Source: Eledone cirrhosa
Taxonomy: Eukaryota
Length of the DNA: 64,000 bases
Reading direction: 5' to 3'
Assembly (NCBI GenBank): GCA_964016885.1
Contig: OZ024759.1
Span: 15,128,001-15,192,000, forward strand
Below are positions 28,058 through 42,542 of this stretch, piece after piece; positions within the stretch are counted from its first letter, which is position 1, and each line of letters starts with the position of its first letter. The notes under the pieces were generated by a model that was not told the DNA's origin, searched no databases, and saw nothing but the letters and a program-made list of their open reading frames with translations. A program made the position numbers and the translations under genes.

Positions 28058-29610
28058 CTGGTTGCTTGTTTGGTTGGCTCGATGACTGGTTGCTTGTTTG
28101 GTTGGTTTGATGACTGGTTGTTTGTTTGGTTGATTCGATGACTGGTTGGTTGTTTGGTTGGTTCGATGACTGGTTGGTTGTTTGGTTGGTTCGATGACTC
28201 GTTGCTTGTTTGGTTGGTTCGATGACTGGTTGCTTGTTTGGTTGATTCGATGACTGGTTGGTTGTTTGGTTGGTTCGATGACTGGTTGGTTGTTTGGTTG
28301 GTTCGATGACTCGTTGCTTGTTTGGTTGGTTCGATGACTGGTTGGTTGTTTGGTTGGTTCGATGACTCGTTGCTTGTTTGGTTGGTTCGATGACTGGTTG
28401 CTTGTTTGGTTGGTTCGATGACTGGTTGTTTGTTTGGTTGATTCGATGACTGGTTGCTTGATTGGTTGGTTCGATGACTGGTTGCTTGATTGGGTGGTTC
28501 GATGACTCGTTGCTTGTTTGGTTGGTTCGATGACTGGTTGCTTGTTTGGTTGGTTCGATGACTCGTTGCTTGTTTGGTTGGTTCGATGACTGGTTGCTTG
28601 TTTGGTTGGTTCGATGACTGGTTGCATGTTTGGTTGGTTCGATGACTCGTTGCTTGTTTGGTTGGTTCGATGACTCGTTGCTTGTTTGGTTGGTTCGATG
28701 ACTGGTTGCTTGATTGGTTGATTCGATGACTGGTTGCTTGATTGGTTGGTTCGATGACTGGTTGGTTGTTTGGTTGGAGCGATTTCTGGTTGCTTGTTCG
28801 GTTGGTTCGATCACTGGTTGCTTGTTTGTTTGGCTCGATGACTGGTTGCTTGCTTGTTTGGTTGGTTCGATGACTGGTTGCTTGTTTGGTTGGCTCGATG
28901 ACTGGTTGCTTGTTTGGTTTGTTCGATGACTGGTTGCTTGTTTGGTTGGCTCGATGATTGGTTGCTTTTTTGGTTGGTTCGATGACTGGTTGCTTGTTTG
29001 GTTGGTTCGATGACTGGTTGCTTGTTTGTTTGGCTCGATGACTGGTTGCTTGTTTGGTTGATTCGATGACTGGTTGGTTGTTTGGTTGGTTCGATGACTG
29101 GTTACTTATTTGGTTGGCTCGATGACTGGTTGCTTGTTTGGTTGGTTCGATGACTGGATGCTTGTTTGGTTGGTTCGATGACTGGTTGCTTGTTTGGTTG
29201 GTTCGATGACTGGTTGCTTGTTTGTTTTGTTCGATGACTGGTTGCTTGTTTGGTTGGCTCGATGACTGCTTGCTTGTTTGTTTTGTTCGATGACTGGTTC
29301 TTGTTTGGTTGGCTCGATGACTGGTTGCTTCTTAGGTTGGTTCGATGACTGGTTGCTTGTTTGGTTGGTTCGATGACTGGTTGGTTGTTTGGTTGGCTCA
29401 ATGTCTGGTTGCTTGTTTGGTTGGTTCGATGACTGGTTGCTTGTTTGGTTGGCTCGATGACTGGTTGCTTGTTTGGTTGGTTCGATGACTGGTTGCTTGT
29501 TTGGTTGGTTCGATGACTGGGTGCTTGTTCGGTTGGTTCGATGACTGGTTGCTTCTTTGGTTGGTTCGATGACTGGTTGGTTGTTTGGTTGGTTCGATGA
29601 CTAGTTGCTT
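28058..29610. repeat. 28-bp minisatellite (GTTGGTTCGATGACTGGTTGCTTGTTTG), about 55 units
   Basis: Unit read directly; 28-aa periodicity in the minus-strand ORFs. Confidence 0.95.
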
Positions 29611-29879
29611 GTGTATATATCGTCAAAGTTCTGTCGTCACATTCGTCACATTCTGTTCTGTGACTAGGTTTCTATTTTGTGTCTCTCCTTTGTTCTGTCC
29701 TACACCATCTTCATTTTGTGTTTTGTGTGTTGTGTGCTTAGTCTGCGCATGCGTTTCATCCGAGTGTCTGTGTATATTTTTATTTATGTTTTTATTTACT
29801 TGTCTCTACTTGGTTGTTTATAATCCTGGCTATGTACTCCCGCTACATAGTTGACATAAATATCATAGTAAAAATACCC

Positions 29880-30905
29880 CCACGGTGAAACAGTCAGGAA
29901 TTAGAGAAGAACACCATGGAAAGCATCCAGCAAATAGTTTACTCCATCCACCAGAGATATTAAAGTTACTATAGACTACCCAACTAAACACCCCAACCAT
30001 AGATTACCCGTACTAAACACAGAACTTTAGTTGGAAACTATTAGTAATAGAACGAAAATCCTCCATTCGAATTATGTCAAACCCATGACCTCTAAATACC
30101 TCATCCACCGTAACTCAGCTGTTTCGAATCGCATAAAAATTAACATACTGATTGCGGCCCTAGTAAGAGCGATGAAGAACGTGTCCCGCATGTGCAACGC
30201 TAAATAATTAGAGACACATACAACACTTCATCCGTCGGATGCAGCACCAAATGGCCAAAGATTGTCAAAAATGATGTAAATGGGACTTGCCCGGTGTATA
30301 GGAGCAAATTTTGGAACAGAATACTAGGAATAAGGGAAATAAAATAAACTCATGGTATGATAGCAATAAATACCAGAATGTAATGTTCGTCAATACAACT
30401 TCTAGAGGCGTACTAGCTTACAGATTTAGAAGGGCCCAAGACAAGCTCAAATTAAATATTAAGATAGTTCAAAGACCAGATATTCCCATATAAACCCTAA
30501 TTAGTAAAACATGCCCATTTCAAAGAACCAGCTGCACTGATAGGAAATACATAGTCTGCAAACTAAACCCGCAAACGAACTGTAAAACTAGGAACGTAGT
30601 ATATAGCATAAGATGTACTGAGGGACAATGTAGGAATAACAACATAACATACATAGGTGAAACAGCCCGTAGCATAGGAGAAACGGTAAGTGAGCTGGCA
30701 AGAACTCCAGGATGGAAAAACTCATCAGTACTCCACCAACATGCCAAAATATAGGGGCACATTAGAGAACATAGATATAAAAATTATATCCACACACAGA
30801 AAAGATACAATGCTTAGACCAAGCTCAGAGGCGACAAACATAAACGAATTCCAACCAAAATTAAACAGAAAACATGAGTGGAATAACATCACAAGTAGTA
30901 AGTAA
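29880..30905 (+). pseudogene. Penelope-like element remnant: RT C-terminus plus GIY-YIG endonuclease, frameshifted
   Basis: IDYPTKHPNHRLPVL, KPMTSKYLIHRNSA, VMFVNTT, CKTRNVVYSIRC..C..TYIGETARS (30581-30673), PKLNRKHEW. Confidence 0.8.
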
Positions 30906-31394
30906 GGACAGAATGAATATATACAGACTCACATAAAAACCAAACTAACAAAGCAAACCATACACACACACACATAGAACAAACAAACTAGTTACAAGTC
31001 GATAAACACATAAACATATAAATAAACACACACACACACACACTGATGTAACTTGACTTATTTATGAGGAGCTGAATTAGTAATAAATTATAAATGCTTA
31101 GCTTTTTAGTAGGGTGTTAGATAAAGCAAACTTAACATAAATACACTACTCTACCCTCTTTGACTTATATATGCCAAAAATATAGTTTTAGTCTCGCTTG
31201 TCTTTTCTTCTTTTCTCTCTTTGAATGGAAGTTAAGCACAATACCGTTTCTACAGATTAGAAATAGTTGTTAACGATAAAAATCTCTCTTAATGCCATTC
31301 TTGCACGCCTAACCGGCTTGACATTTTCAGGTCAGTTCCGCTACTGACCCCTCGCCTCTTGTAATTTGGGTATGTCTAGGCCCCCGCGGTCAAG

Positions 31395-31532
31395 AAGGTA
31401 GCCGCAGGTGTGAGCCTCGCGAGCTGGAATGGCTTTCCAGCGCGTCTCCCTTGCCGTCCCCCGGGGAAACGCCTTCTCCATACTGTCCGCCGGGGCTGTG
31501 CGGAGGCCACCAATATGAATGACTGACTTGTC
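31395..31532 (+). mobile_element. CRE-like 3' end fragment
   Basis: Closely matches 5610-5710; ends in TGACTGACTTGTCA like the 52203 copy. Confidence 0.75.
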
Positions 31533-31557
31533 ATTTCATCAGTCAGATGTTCTAATG

Positions 31558-31592
<35 letters not shown>

Positions 31593-31952
31593 GTTAATGG
31601 TTTTCGTATATCTTAGGATAATCAGTAAATATGCTAAATAACTTAACAACTTTAACAATAACTTAACAACACTAACACCTATCGTCTACTACAGAAGGTA
31701 ATAAACTATACGCATGACTGACCACTCCGGGAAAAACAAGAAAAACAACAAATTTGTAGATTTTTATTTAGTTATTTTGCGTCTTTACTTTGATTGCATG
31801 TCCATATATGGACCTTACCCATTGAAAATTTCAGCTAGATTCCCGCCATTCTGATACTGGTGGCTAAGTTCGGATCTAGCTGTCGAACCGACCGGAGACC
31901 AGCCGCCGGGGTCCTGAACCTTTTCATATATATATATATGTGTGTGTGTGTG

Positions 31953-32130
31953 TAAAGGGTAAACAGAAATAACAACTCAATCGGTACAGTATATGGGAAG
32001 AATATATAAGGTTAACGCTTGAAATAACAGGAAGAGGGCCTTAACGTTTCCGACGCTAGTCTTTCATCAAAAGGAAGAATGAGAAATAAATAAATTGAAG
32101 GGACGGACAGGTTGTAATTGGAAAAAATGT
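31953..32130 (-). mobile_element. Penelope-like terminal repeat with minimal hammerhead (32039-32074)
   Basis: Reverse complement is homologous to 44221-44390; CCTT-TTGATGA-..GAC TAGC GTC.-GAAACGTT-AAGG. Confidence 0.65.
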
Positions 32131-32246
32131 CTTGTCAGTTCAGCGTATTCTGTCAATAGATACACAGACCAAATATTTAAACCCAAACATCGAGCTGTTG
32201 TGGTAAAATGATTTTAATTCGTTTTCAACAAAGCATTAGTGGTCTA

Positions 32247-32438
32247 AATAATTGTTTCTACTTTTGGCACAAGGCCAGCAAATACCCAGTACATTACTGG
32301 TACTTTATTTTATCGACCCCGTTAGGATGAAAGGCAAAGTTAACCTCGGCGGGATTTGAACTCAGAATGACAAGGACCGTAACTCTATGCGTCAAAGCAT
32401 GGCGTCCGACCCTCTACCGATACTGCCAATCCACCGCC
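32247..32438 (-). mobile_element. SINE S1, full length
   Basis: Matches consensus; an empty-site paralogue at 32777-32912 defines the ends. Confidence 0.9.
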
Positions 32439-33262
32439 TAATGGGATTTAGCGTTCAACCACTTATTGAAAACATCATATATATAGATATTTATATATAT
32501 ACATATATATATACACACACATACACTCACGAGCATATATATGTGTGCGTGAATTTCTCAGTGTTTGTTTGTGCGTACTCAAAATACGAGGTAAATATGC
32601 AATAAAGTGCATGTCGTCTGACAAGTCATTGCAATGCTCTGGACACCACATTATATTATAGATCCCGAACGATTGAAGGACAGAGCTGAACTCAACGAAT
32701 CTTGATCAGTGAGCAGAGATTACACGGATCAAATATCGCAATTGCTTTTGTCCTACGGTCAACTGAATCTTGTTAATTCAGCGTATTCTGTCAATAGGCA
32801 GATAGACCAAATATTTAAAGCTCAAACATCGAGCTGTTGTGGTAAAAAGATTTTTACATCGTTTCCAACGAAGCATTAGTGGTGTAAATAATGGGATTTA
32901 GCGTTCAACCACTAAATATTATGTGTATGCTTTGCTTATAGTTTGCTAGTTTGCAAAGAAGATCTACTCTGCTTCTAATGGCGCTGTCCAAACACTAACC
33001 GTTAAGCAAGATCAAACTCTGTGTGCCAGCCATCATTAAATTCCAATATAATTAATTTTCTGATTGCATTGCACATCGGCGCTGTATTGATTTCACTTCA
33101 AATACGTAAGTAAATTATTCCTTTATAGGAAATGTTGATTTTCCAATGAATCAAATATCAATGCTAGCTAAAACCGTTTCGTTTCTCAACGTTCGCAGTT
33201 AAAGTGTCTCCTTAGTGTTAGTTTTAGCTTTTATCTCCCCGTGATCGCTAGAACACATATCA

Positions 33263-33312
<50 letters not shown>

Positions 33313-33468
33313 TATATGTGTATATATGCATGTATACAGTACATAGATATGTGTAAATGCATATGTCTATATATATATATGTGTATATATATTTATATAT
33401 ATGTGTATAGATATTTATATATAGAGAGAGAGAGATAGAAAAAGATACTTAATATATATATATATATA

Positions 33469-33668
33469 GCGAGGGAAAAGTGGTAAGGAACCAGGTGGAC
33501 CATAACGCACCAAAGTACTCAATACTTAGGGTAGTAGAGTGGGTAATAGGAGTAAGTAAGACCCCGACGGCTGAGCTCAAGCCGTTTCGACGGCTAATTC
33601 TGTACTGAATTGAGTACAGAATTAGCCGTCGAAACGGCTTGTGCTCAGCCGTCGGGGTCTTACTTACT

Positions 33669-33673
<5 letters not shown>
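33469..33673. mobile_element. Second copy of the palindromic element (128-bp palindrome 33546-33673)
   Basis: Shares CATAACGCACCA.AGTACTCAATACTTAGGGTAGTAGAGTGGGTAATAGGA with 9615-9666. Confidence 0.7.
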
Positions 33674-33713
<40 letters not shown>

Positions 33714-33778
33714 TTATATATATACCTATATATATATATATATATATAAAGAGAGAGAGATAGCGAAAAAGATTCATA

Positions 33779-33812
<34 letters not shown>

Positions 33813-33877
33813 TTATATATATATATACCTATATATATATATATATAAAGAGAGAGAGATAGCGAAAAAGATTCATA

Positions 33878-33930
<53 letters not shown>

Positions 33931-34087
33931 GTCTCCTCACATAAAGGAATAATAAACCATAAAACATAAAGGTTTTCCGTTTCACAAAGTACCTTTTATC
34001 TCAGTCATTTGTTACAACCATTATTTAGGGGTTCTCCTACATGGATATAAAGTAGTGGCCGTACTCGAAAACGCGTTGGCAGCCACC

Positions 34088-34089
<2 letters not shown>

Positions 34090-34147
<58 letters not shown>

Positions 34148-34206
34148 ATATGTATAAGTATATATATATGCGTATATATATATATGTATGTGTATATATA
34201 TGTCTG

Positions 34207-34238
<32 letters not shown>

Positions 34239-34468
34239 TATATATATATGTATGTATATATATGTATATATATGTATGTATATATATATGTATGTATATA
34301 TATATGTATGTATATATATATGTATGTATATATATGTATGCATATTTATATGTATGTATATATATATGTATGTGTATATATATGTATGTGTGTATATATG
34401 TATGTGTGTATATATGTATGTGTGTATATATGTATGTGTGTATATATGTATATATATGTATATGTATG

Positions 34469-34501
<33 letters not shown>

Positions 34502-34686
34502 ATGTATATATATGTATATATATATAGATATGTATGTATATGTATATATATGTATATATATATATAGATATGTATGTATATGTATATATATGTATATATA
34601 TAGATATGTATAGATATGTATGTATATGTATATATATGTATATATATGTATACATATGTATGTATATATATATATATATATGTATG

Positions 34687-34717
<31 letters not shown>

Positions 34718-34776
34718 ATATATATGTATGTATGTATATATATATATGTATGTATGTATATATATATATGTATGTC

Positions 34777-34807
<31 letters not shown>

Positions 34808-34856
34808 GTATGTATATATATGTATGTATGTATGTATATATGTATGTATATATATG

Positions 34857-34927
<71 letters not shown>

Positions 34928-34954
34928 GTATGTATATATGTATGTATATATATG

Positions 34955-35032
<78 letters not shown>

Positions 35033-35108
35033 TGTGTATATATATATGTATATATATGTATGTATATATATGTATATATATGTATATATATATATGTATG
35101 TATATATG

Positions 35109-35139
<31 letters not shown>

Positions 35140-35166
35140 GCATGTATATATATATATCCTTATATA

Positions 35167-35204
<38 letters not shown>

Positions 35205-35365
35205 TGTATATATATATATGTATACATATATATATATATATATATATATGCATGTATATATATATATGTATACATATATATATGTGTATATATATATATG
35301 TATATATATATATGTATATATATCTATATGTATATATATCTATATGTATATATATATATATGTAA

Positions 35366-35437
<72 letters not shown>

Positions 35438-35566
35438 GTATATATATATATGTATATATATATATGTATATATATATATGTATATATATATATGTATATA
35501 TATGTATATATGTATATATATATATATGTATATATATGTATATATGTATATATATATATATGTATA

Positions 35567-35648
<82 letters not shown>

Positions 35649-35676
35649 TGTATGTATATATATATATATATGTATG

Positions 35677-35712
<36 letters not shown>

Positions 35713-35758
35713 TGTATGTATATATATATATATATGTATGTATATATATATATTTATG

Positions 35759-35790
<32 letters not shown>

Positions 35791-35829
35791 TATATATATA
35801 TATATATGTATGTATATATGTATGTATAT

Positions 35830-35906
<77 letters not shown>

Positions 35907-35972
35907 TATATATGTATGTATATATATGTATATATATATATATATATATGTATGTATATATATATATATATG

Positions 35973-36004
<32 letters not shown>

Positions 36005-36094
36005 TATATATGTATGTATATATATGTATATATATATATATATATATGTATGTATATATATGTATATATATATATATACATACATATATATACA
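34090..36094. repeat. About 2-kb imperfect (TA)n/(TATG)n array
   Basis: Direct inspection. Confidence 0.95.
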
Positions 36095-36999
36095 TACTGG
36101 CTGTTACCCAATGGGCAGAAAAGAACAACATGTTACTGAACGAAGACAAATTCGAACTGATCCACTTTGGAAAAGAGGATGCTCTGAAACTCCCGTACTC
36201 CCTTCCCTCCGGGGAAACTCTCGTGGCATCTAACAACATCAGAGACTTGGGAGTAACCGTGGACAGCAACATAAGCTGGACCACGCATATAAGCAGCAAA
36301 GTTGACATGGCCCGCAGAATGTGTTCCTGGATCCTCAGAACCTTCCAGTCGAGAGATTCCCGCACCATTATCCTTCTCTTCTCTACTTTCGCCCGACCAC
36401 ACCTTGAATACTGTTGTCCACTGTGGTCTCCCCACACGAAACGAAGTATCATGAAACTTGAAGCTCCTCAAAGGGCAATCACGAAAAAGATAGATGGCAT
36501 GTCAGACCTTGACTACTGGGGTCGATTGGAAAACCTGAAACTTTACTCACTCCAACGTCGCCGTGAGCGTTATATTATCTGCATGATGTGGAAAATGTTC
36601 CATCATCACTGCCCAAATGATGTTGGCATCGCCTTCAAGATACACCCAAGGCTTGGGCCCTGTGCTATCCGTCCCATTCAAAAATCTAAATCGCAACTCA
36701 TAACAACAATACGGCACAATTATTTCACCTCAATCGGCCCTGCTCTCTTCAACATCACACCAGGACACGTCAAAACAGAAACTGACCACACAAAATTCAA
36801 GAAGTCTTTGGACAAATTCCTCCAAGTAATCCCGGACAAACCACCCACACCCGGATATGTCTCCGCAAACAGTAATTCTCTTCTCGAATGGGCCATGGTG
36901 CCCAAATCCTGAATTGAAAGACTTCGCCAGGTGGTGCTATTAAGTTAGACATGGCCTGGGCCAATACTGGCCAAAACATTTCAAAGTTATTCAAAGTTA
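36095..36999 (+). mobile_element. CR1-group LINE copy 2, 5'-truncated
   Basis: Matches 58610-59523 with few differences (TKRSI vs TKQSI, GPCAI vs GPRAI); two TTCAAAGTTA tail units. Confidence 0.95.
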
Positions 37000-37003
37000 T
37001 ATG

Positions 37004-37034
<31 letters not shown>

Positions 37035-37147
37035 GTATATATGTATATATATATATGTATATATGTATATATGTATATATATATATATGTATATATGTAT
37101 ATATATATGTACATGTATATGTATATATGTATATGTATATATATATG

Positions 37148-37178
<31 letters not shown>

Positions 37179-37379
37179 GTATATATGTATATATATATAG
37201 GTACATGTATATGTATATATGTATATGTATATATACATGTATATATATATATGTATATATATGTACATGTATATATATATGTATATGTATATATATGTAC
37301 ATGTATATATATATGTACATGTATATATATATATGTACATGTATATGTATATATATATATGTATATGTATATATATATG

Positions 37380-37412
<33 letters not shown>

Positions 37413-37949
37413 GTATGTATATATATATATATATATGTATGTATATATATATATATATATGTATGTATATATATATATATATATGTATGTATATATATGT
37501 ATATATATATTTATGTATGTATGTATATATATGTATATATATATATTTATGTATGTATGTGTATATATGTTTATATATATATTTATGTATGTATGTATAT
37601 ATATGTTTATATATATATTTATGTATGTATGTATATATATGTAAATATATATATTTATGTATGTATGTATATATATGTAAATATATATATTTATGTATGT
37701 ATGTATATATATGTAAATATATATATTTATGTATGTATGTATATATATATGTATATATATATATTTATGTATGTATGTATATATATGTATATATATATAT
37801 TTATGTATGTATGTATATATATGTATGTATGTATATATATGTATATATATATATTTATGTATGTATGTATATATATGTATGTATGTATATATATGTATAT
37901 ATATATATTTATGTATATATATATACATATGTATATATGTATATTTATG

Positions 37950-38014
<65 letters not shown>

Positions 38015-38074
38015 GTATATGTATATATGTATATATGTATATGTATATATATATATGTATATATGTATATGTGT

Positions 38075-38107
<33 letters not shown>

Positions 38108-38132
38108 TATATATGTATATATGTATATATGT

Positions 38133-38165
<33 letters not shown>

Positions 38166-38183
38166 TGTATATGTATATATATA

Positions 38184-38227
<44 letters not shown>
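37000..38227. repeat. About 1.2-kb imperfect (TA)n array
   Basis: Direct inspection. Confidence 0.95.
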
Positions 38228-38230
<3 letters not shown>

Positions 38231-38602
38231 CGGGTAAAATTCCCGAGATCCATGGACGAGTTCTCTCCAGCGGTCTCTGTCACTCATTATCGCTGCCATA
38301 TCCTGCGATCCAACAGACCAGTGTCTGTCCTTAAAGTATCAACATACGTTAACCTTGGTCTTCTTCTTCCAGTGTGTTCATGCAGGGGTCCCACGGGACC
38401 GCTGAGTGCAGTGTCAACTTTGGATGTCGCTGAGCATGTCCAGCTAACCTGTCTTCTCTGTGTCAACTTGAGCTGTATTTTGGGAGGGTCCCGCACAGCT
38501 GTGAGTTCATCATCCTCAGTATATACTGATTAATGTTCAGAGCCATCCTCAGCTTTCTCCTATAGCACCCATCCACCATCTGAGTGAGTTTCTTGGTCAG
38601 TC
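38228..38602 (-). mobile_element. RTE-X-like LINE 3' fragment (uninverted)
   Basis: [63 protein letters not shown]. Confidence 0.85.
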
Positions 38603-38902
38603 CATTTTTCTGAAAAATGGCTTAGGCATACACTACAACGTGGGGAATATAATAGTACCACTGATGATGTTGTAGATGTATACATATGTGTTTATATCTA
38701 TATTATATCTGTATTTTTGACCGTTGGACAGTCAATGATAAACATTGAGGATAACAATTAACTATGGAGGTATAAAAGATTCAGAAGCGAAATCTAACCA
38801 AACAGTGGAGGTGTTCTGGTATTATTTCTGACAATATTATTACAACAATATGACACTCCCCAAGAATAACAATATATATATATCTATCTATCTATCTATC
38901 TA

Positions 38903-38967
<65 letters not shown>

Positions 38968-39111
38968 GCGAAACCGGTAAAGGAACCACATAAATATATA
39001 TATTTTTTATAATAAGACTCCATTTATATTTTCGATTTCATCTTTTTTTCTTTATACTTTCACTCGTCTTGGACACCTCGGTTATTTTTCATTTTGTAAA
39101 GAAAACTTCAC

Positions 39112-39162
<51 letters not shown>

Positions 39163-39566
39163 GTAAAGTTGCATTTAATCTCACTATGAAAGAAGACACC
39201 ATGCTTAAACCATAGAGATGTTTACTAATAATGATTGAATAACCGTTACATTGGTCTTTCATTAAAAACTCATCATATATCACTTATGTCTGCCTTGCAA
39301 ATAAACGATGGAAAATGGCGTAAACATAATCATAGAAAAAACAACAGGAATGGATGTGTACGTACTGGTTATTTGTTACTGTCCATGTCACAAATTTAAG
39401 AAGAACTAGTGGAAGCGATTTACTTAAATCTTTCCACCCGAACCCCTCCTCGAACAACAAATGAATGCAGGTGAACATGTCTACTATACTCTTGGGTAAA
39501 CCAGTAAATTCTGAGTGAAATTCTGAAAGAAATCATGACGGAATTAGTCATGTATACCTATCTATC

Positions 39567-39615
<49 letters not shown>

Positions 39616-39693
39616 TTTTTAAATTTGTTTTGGGAGATTTCTTATCTGAAAACATGTGTTGAAACAGATATTGTTATATCCCAAAGGATAACA

Positions 39694-39731
<38 letters not shown>

Positions 39732-40019
39732 ACATATATACATGTTATACAGCGTGAGAGGAGGGAGACACGAACACAAACACACTTATATATGTGGGTA
39801 TGTATAAATGACATACACATACATATAAAAGTATGTGGAAGTGTGTGTCTACCTATCTCTTTAGCTACCTACCATATAATATAGAAGTTAAGATGAAAAT
39901 GCGCAGACGTACATTTAATATAATAATTAAATTATTTATTCTTTCTTAATGAAAAAATAATCTTTAAGAATACATCTGTGCATTTTCATCTTCACTTTTT
40001 AACTAATAAAAAATATATG

Positions 40020-40058
<39 letters not shown>

Positions 40059-40082
40059 AAGATAGAGTGAAAGGGTGGGCTA

Positions 40083-40168
40083 CTACAGGACTAGAACTGT
40101 TTCATTCTGGAGAAATCATCAGTGGTTCCTGATGATTTCTCCTGAATGAAATTATTCTACTCCTGTAG
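40083..40168. repeat. Palindrome of two head-to-head degenerate minimal hammerhead motifs
   Basis: ..GTTTCATTCTGGAGAAATCATCAG-TGGTTC-CTGATGATTTCTCCTGAATGAAA..; homologue at about 43740-43880. Confidence 0.6.
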
Positions 40169-40248
40169 AAGTCTTTTCTATTTTTAATATTTATACTCTG
40201 CTATGTATTGAGTACAATACTTACTGTGGTTAACCCCGATTGAACCCA

Positions 40249-40250
<2 letters not shown>

Positions 40251-40299
<49 letters not shown>

Positions 40300-40313
40300 T
40301 ATTTATTTATATA

Positions 40314-40344
<31 letters not shown>

Positions 40345-40347
40345 GTG

Positions 40348-40400
<53 letters not shown>

Positions 40401-40423
40401 GTGTATATATATATATATATGTG

Positions 40424-40454
<31 letters not shown>

Positions 40455-41299
40455 GTGTGTATATATATATGTGTATATATATATATATGTGTGTGTTTAG
40501 ATATATATATATATATATATGTGTATATATATATGTATATATATATGTATATATATATATGTATATATATATGTATATATATATATGTATATATATATAT
40601 GTATATATATATGTATATATATATATGTATATATATATATGTATGTATATATGTATATATATATGTATATGTATGTATATATGTATATATATATGTATAT
40701 ATATGTATGTATATATGTATATATATATGTATATATATGTATGTATATATGTATATATATATGTATATATATGTATGTATGTATATATGTATATATATGT
40801 ATATATATGTATATATATGTATATATATATATATATATATGTATATGTATATATGTATATATATATATATGTATATATATATACATATATATGTATATAT
40901 ATATATATGTGTGTATATATGTATATATATATATGTGTATATATGTATATATATATATGTGTATATATGTATATATATATATATGTATATATATGTATGT
41001 ATATATATATATGTGTATATATGTATATATATATATATGTATATATATGTATATATATGTATATATATGTATATATATGTATATATGTATATATATGTAT
41101 ATATATGTATATATGTATATATATGTATATATGTATATATATGTATATATATGTATATATATGTATATATATATATATGTATATATATGTATATATGTAT
41201 ATATATGTATATATATGTATATATATGTATATATGTATATATATGTATATATATGTATATATGTATATATATGTATATATATATATATGTATATATATG

Positions 41300-41346
<47 letters not shown>

Positions 41347-41417
41347 GTATATATATATACATATATATGTATATATATATACATATATATGTATATATAT
41401 ATATGTGTGTATATATG

Positions 41418-41481
<64 letters not shown>

Positions 41482-41495
41482 TATGTATACATATA

Positions 41496-41526
<31 letters not shown>

Positions 41527-41540
41527 CTGTATATATATAT
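40251..41540. repeat. About 1.3-kb imperfect (TA)n/(TATG)n array
   Basis: Direct inspection. Confidence 0.95.
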
Positions 41541-41599
41541 ACTCTTTTACTCTTTTACCTGTTCCAGCCATCAGGCTGAGGTCATGCTGGGGCACCGCC
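41540..41599 (-). mobile_element. 3' fragment of a second SINE-like repeat (AAAAGAGT tail)
   Basis: ACTCTTTTACTCTTTTACCTGTTCCAGCCAT..CATGCTGGGGCACCGCC resembles a common octopus interspersed repeat end (recalled, unverified). Confidence 0.45.
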
Positions 41600-41737
41600 A
41601 TATATATATATATATATATATATTAAAATAACATATTAAAGGCTAAGCAAAGAATCGCTGCTTTCACCCTTAGCAGGATCTTCTGAATTTGATATATATT
41701 GATCCTTATCGAGCCTTCTTTGGATTTTAGTCTTCAC

Positions 41738-41773
<36 letters not shown>

Positions 41774-41901
41774 ATATATATATCTATATATATATATATG
41801 CAGAGGTTATATTTAATTTGTTGGGATACAACAAGCTTAAAATTATTTTTATAACTGATATAAAACACTCAACAAATTATCTATAAAACTAATCTGTATT
41901 G

Positions 41902-41967
41902 TATCTTATCTGATGAAAGCGCACCATAATTTGCCTTGGTGGCCCTTGAAATATGTATAATAAAATA
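41902..41967 (+). ncRNA. Type I hammerhead ribozyme motif
   Basis: TATCTTAT-CTGATGA-AAGCGCACCA..TGGTGGCCCTT-GAAA-TATGTA-TA-ATAAAATA. Confidence 0.65.
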
Positions 41968-42005
41968 AATATGGTTTTATAAATATAATTTCTATTTGTT
42001 AATAT

Positions 42006-42055
<50 letters not shown>

Positions 42056-42511
42056 TATATATACGTATGTATATATTTTGTTATATTGAGTGATAGTTAT
42101 GTTGCTAGTATTGCCAATAAGAACATAAGTAGGCAACATATAATTTTCACTTTATCTTCTGTATTGCTCGTTATTCATTCATTCGTCAAAAGTTCTTTCG
42201 TGAATGGTTATTTGTTCTCTTTTCTGCAACCTCTTCTTCCTGGTGTTAAACATCTCCTCCATCTTCTCTTTAAACATAGACACATGTAATTCATCATTCA
42301 ACTTCCATATGTACTGAACTCTCAAATGAGGCTGGAGAGAAAATCTCCGCTACATCCGTGCCGAGGCTCCATCTAGTGTATTGTGTCATCGCACCGGCCA
42401 TGGCAAGGTTGAAGCATTGTGGAATATGAAACACAAATTTAATTAATTTTGATAACCAAACACTTTTTGTACATATTATAAAGTAGTAAAATAGAAACAA
42501 TTATTAATATG

Positions 42512-42542
<31 letters not shown>

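Noticed and set aside
28035-29626. Gln/Asn/Thr-rich ORFs, or a CRISPR-like array
   Set aside because: This is a 28-bp tandem minisatellite with no unique spacers and no cas genes, in a eukaryotic context.
30520-30680. Selenocysteine-type (Naiad-like) Penelope recoding
   Set aside because: The Cys positions around the GIY-YIG motif are TGT/TGC, not TGA.
34534-36912. 792-aa and 498-aa (23381-24877) ORFs as novel fusion proteins
   Set aside because: Microsatellite is accidentally in frame with truncated LINE ORF2.
39284-39515. Possible minus-strand exon or 64-aa ORF
   Set aside because: No recognisable domain, and the splice sites are ambiguous.
42180-42335. Exon-like minus-strand frame after TTTTCTCTCCAG (PHLRVQYIWKLNDE..FKEKMEE)
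   Set aside because: Looks more like an RTE EN-RT linker remnant; unsupported as a host exon.
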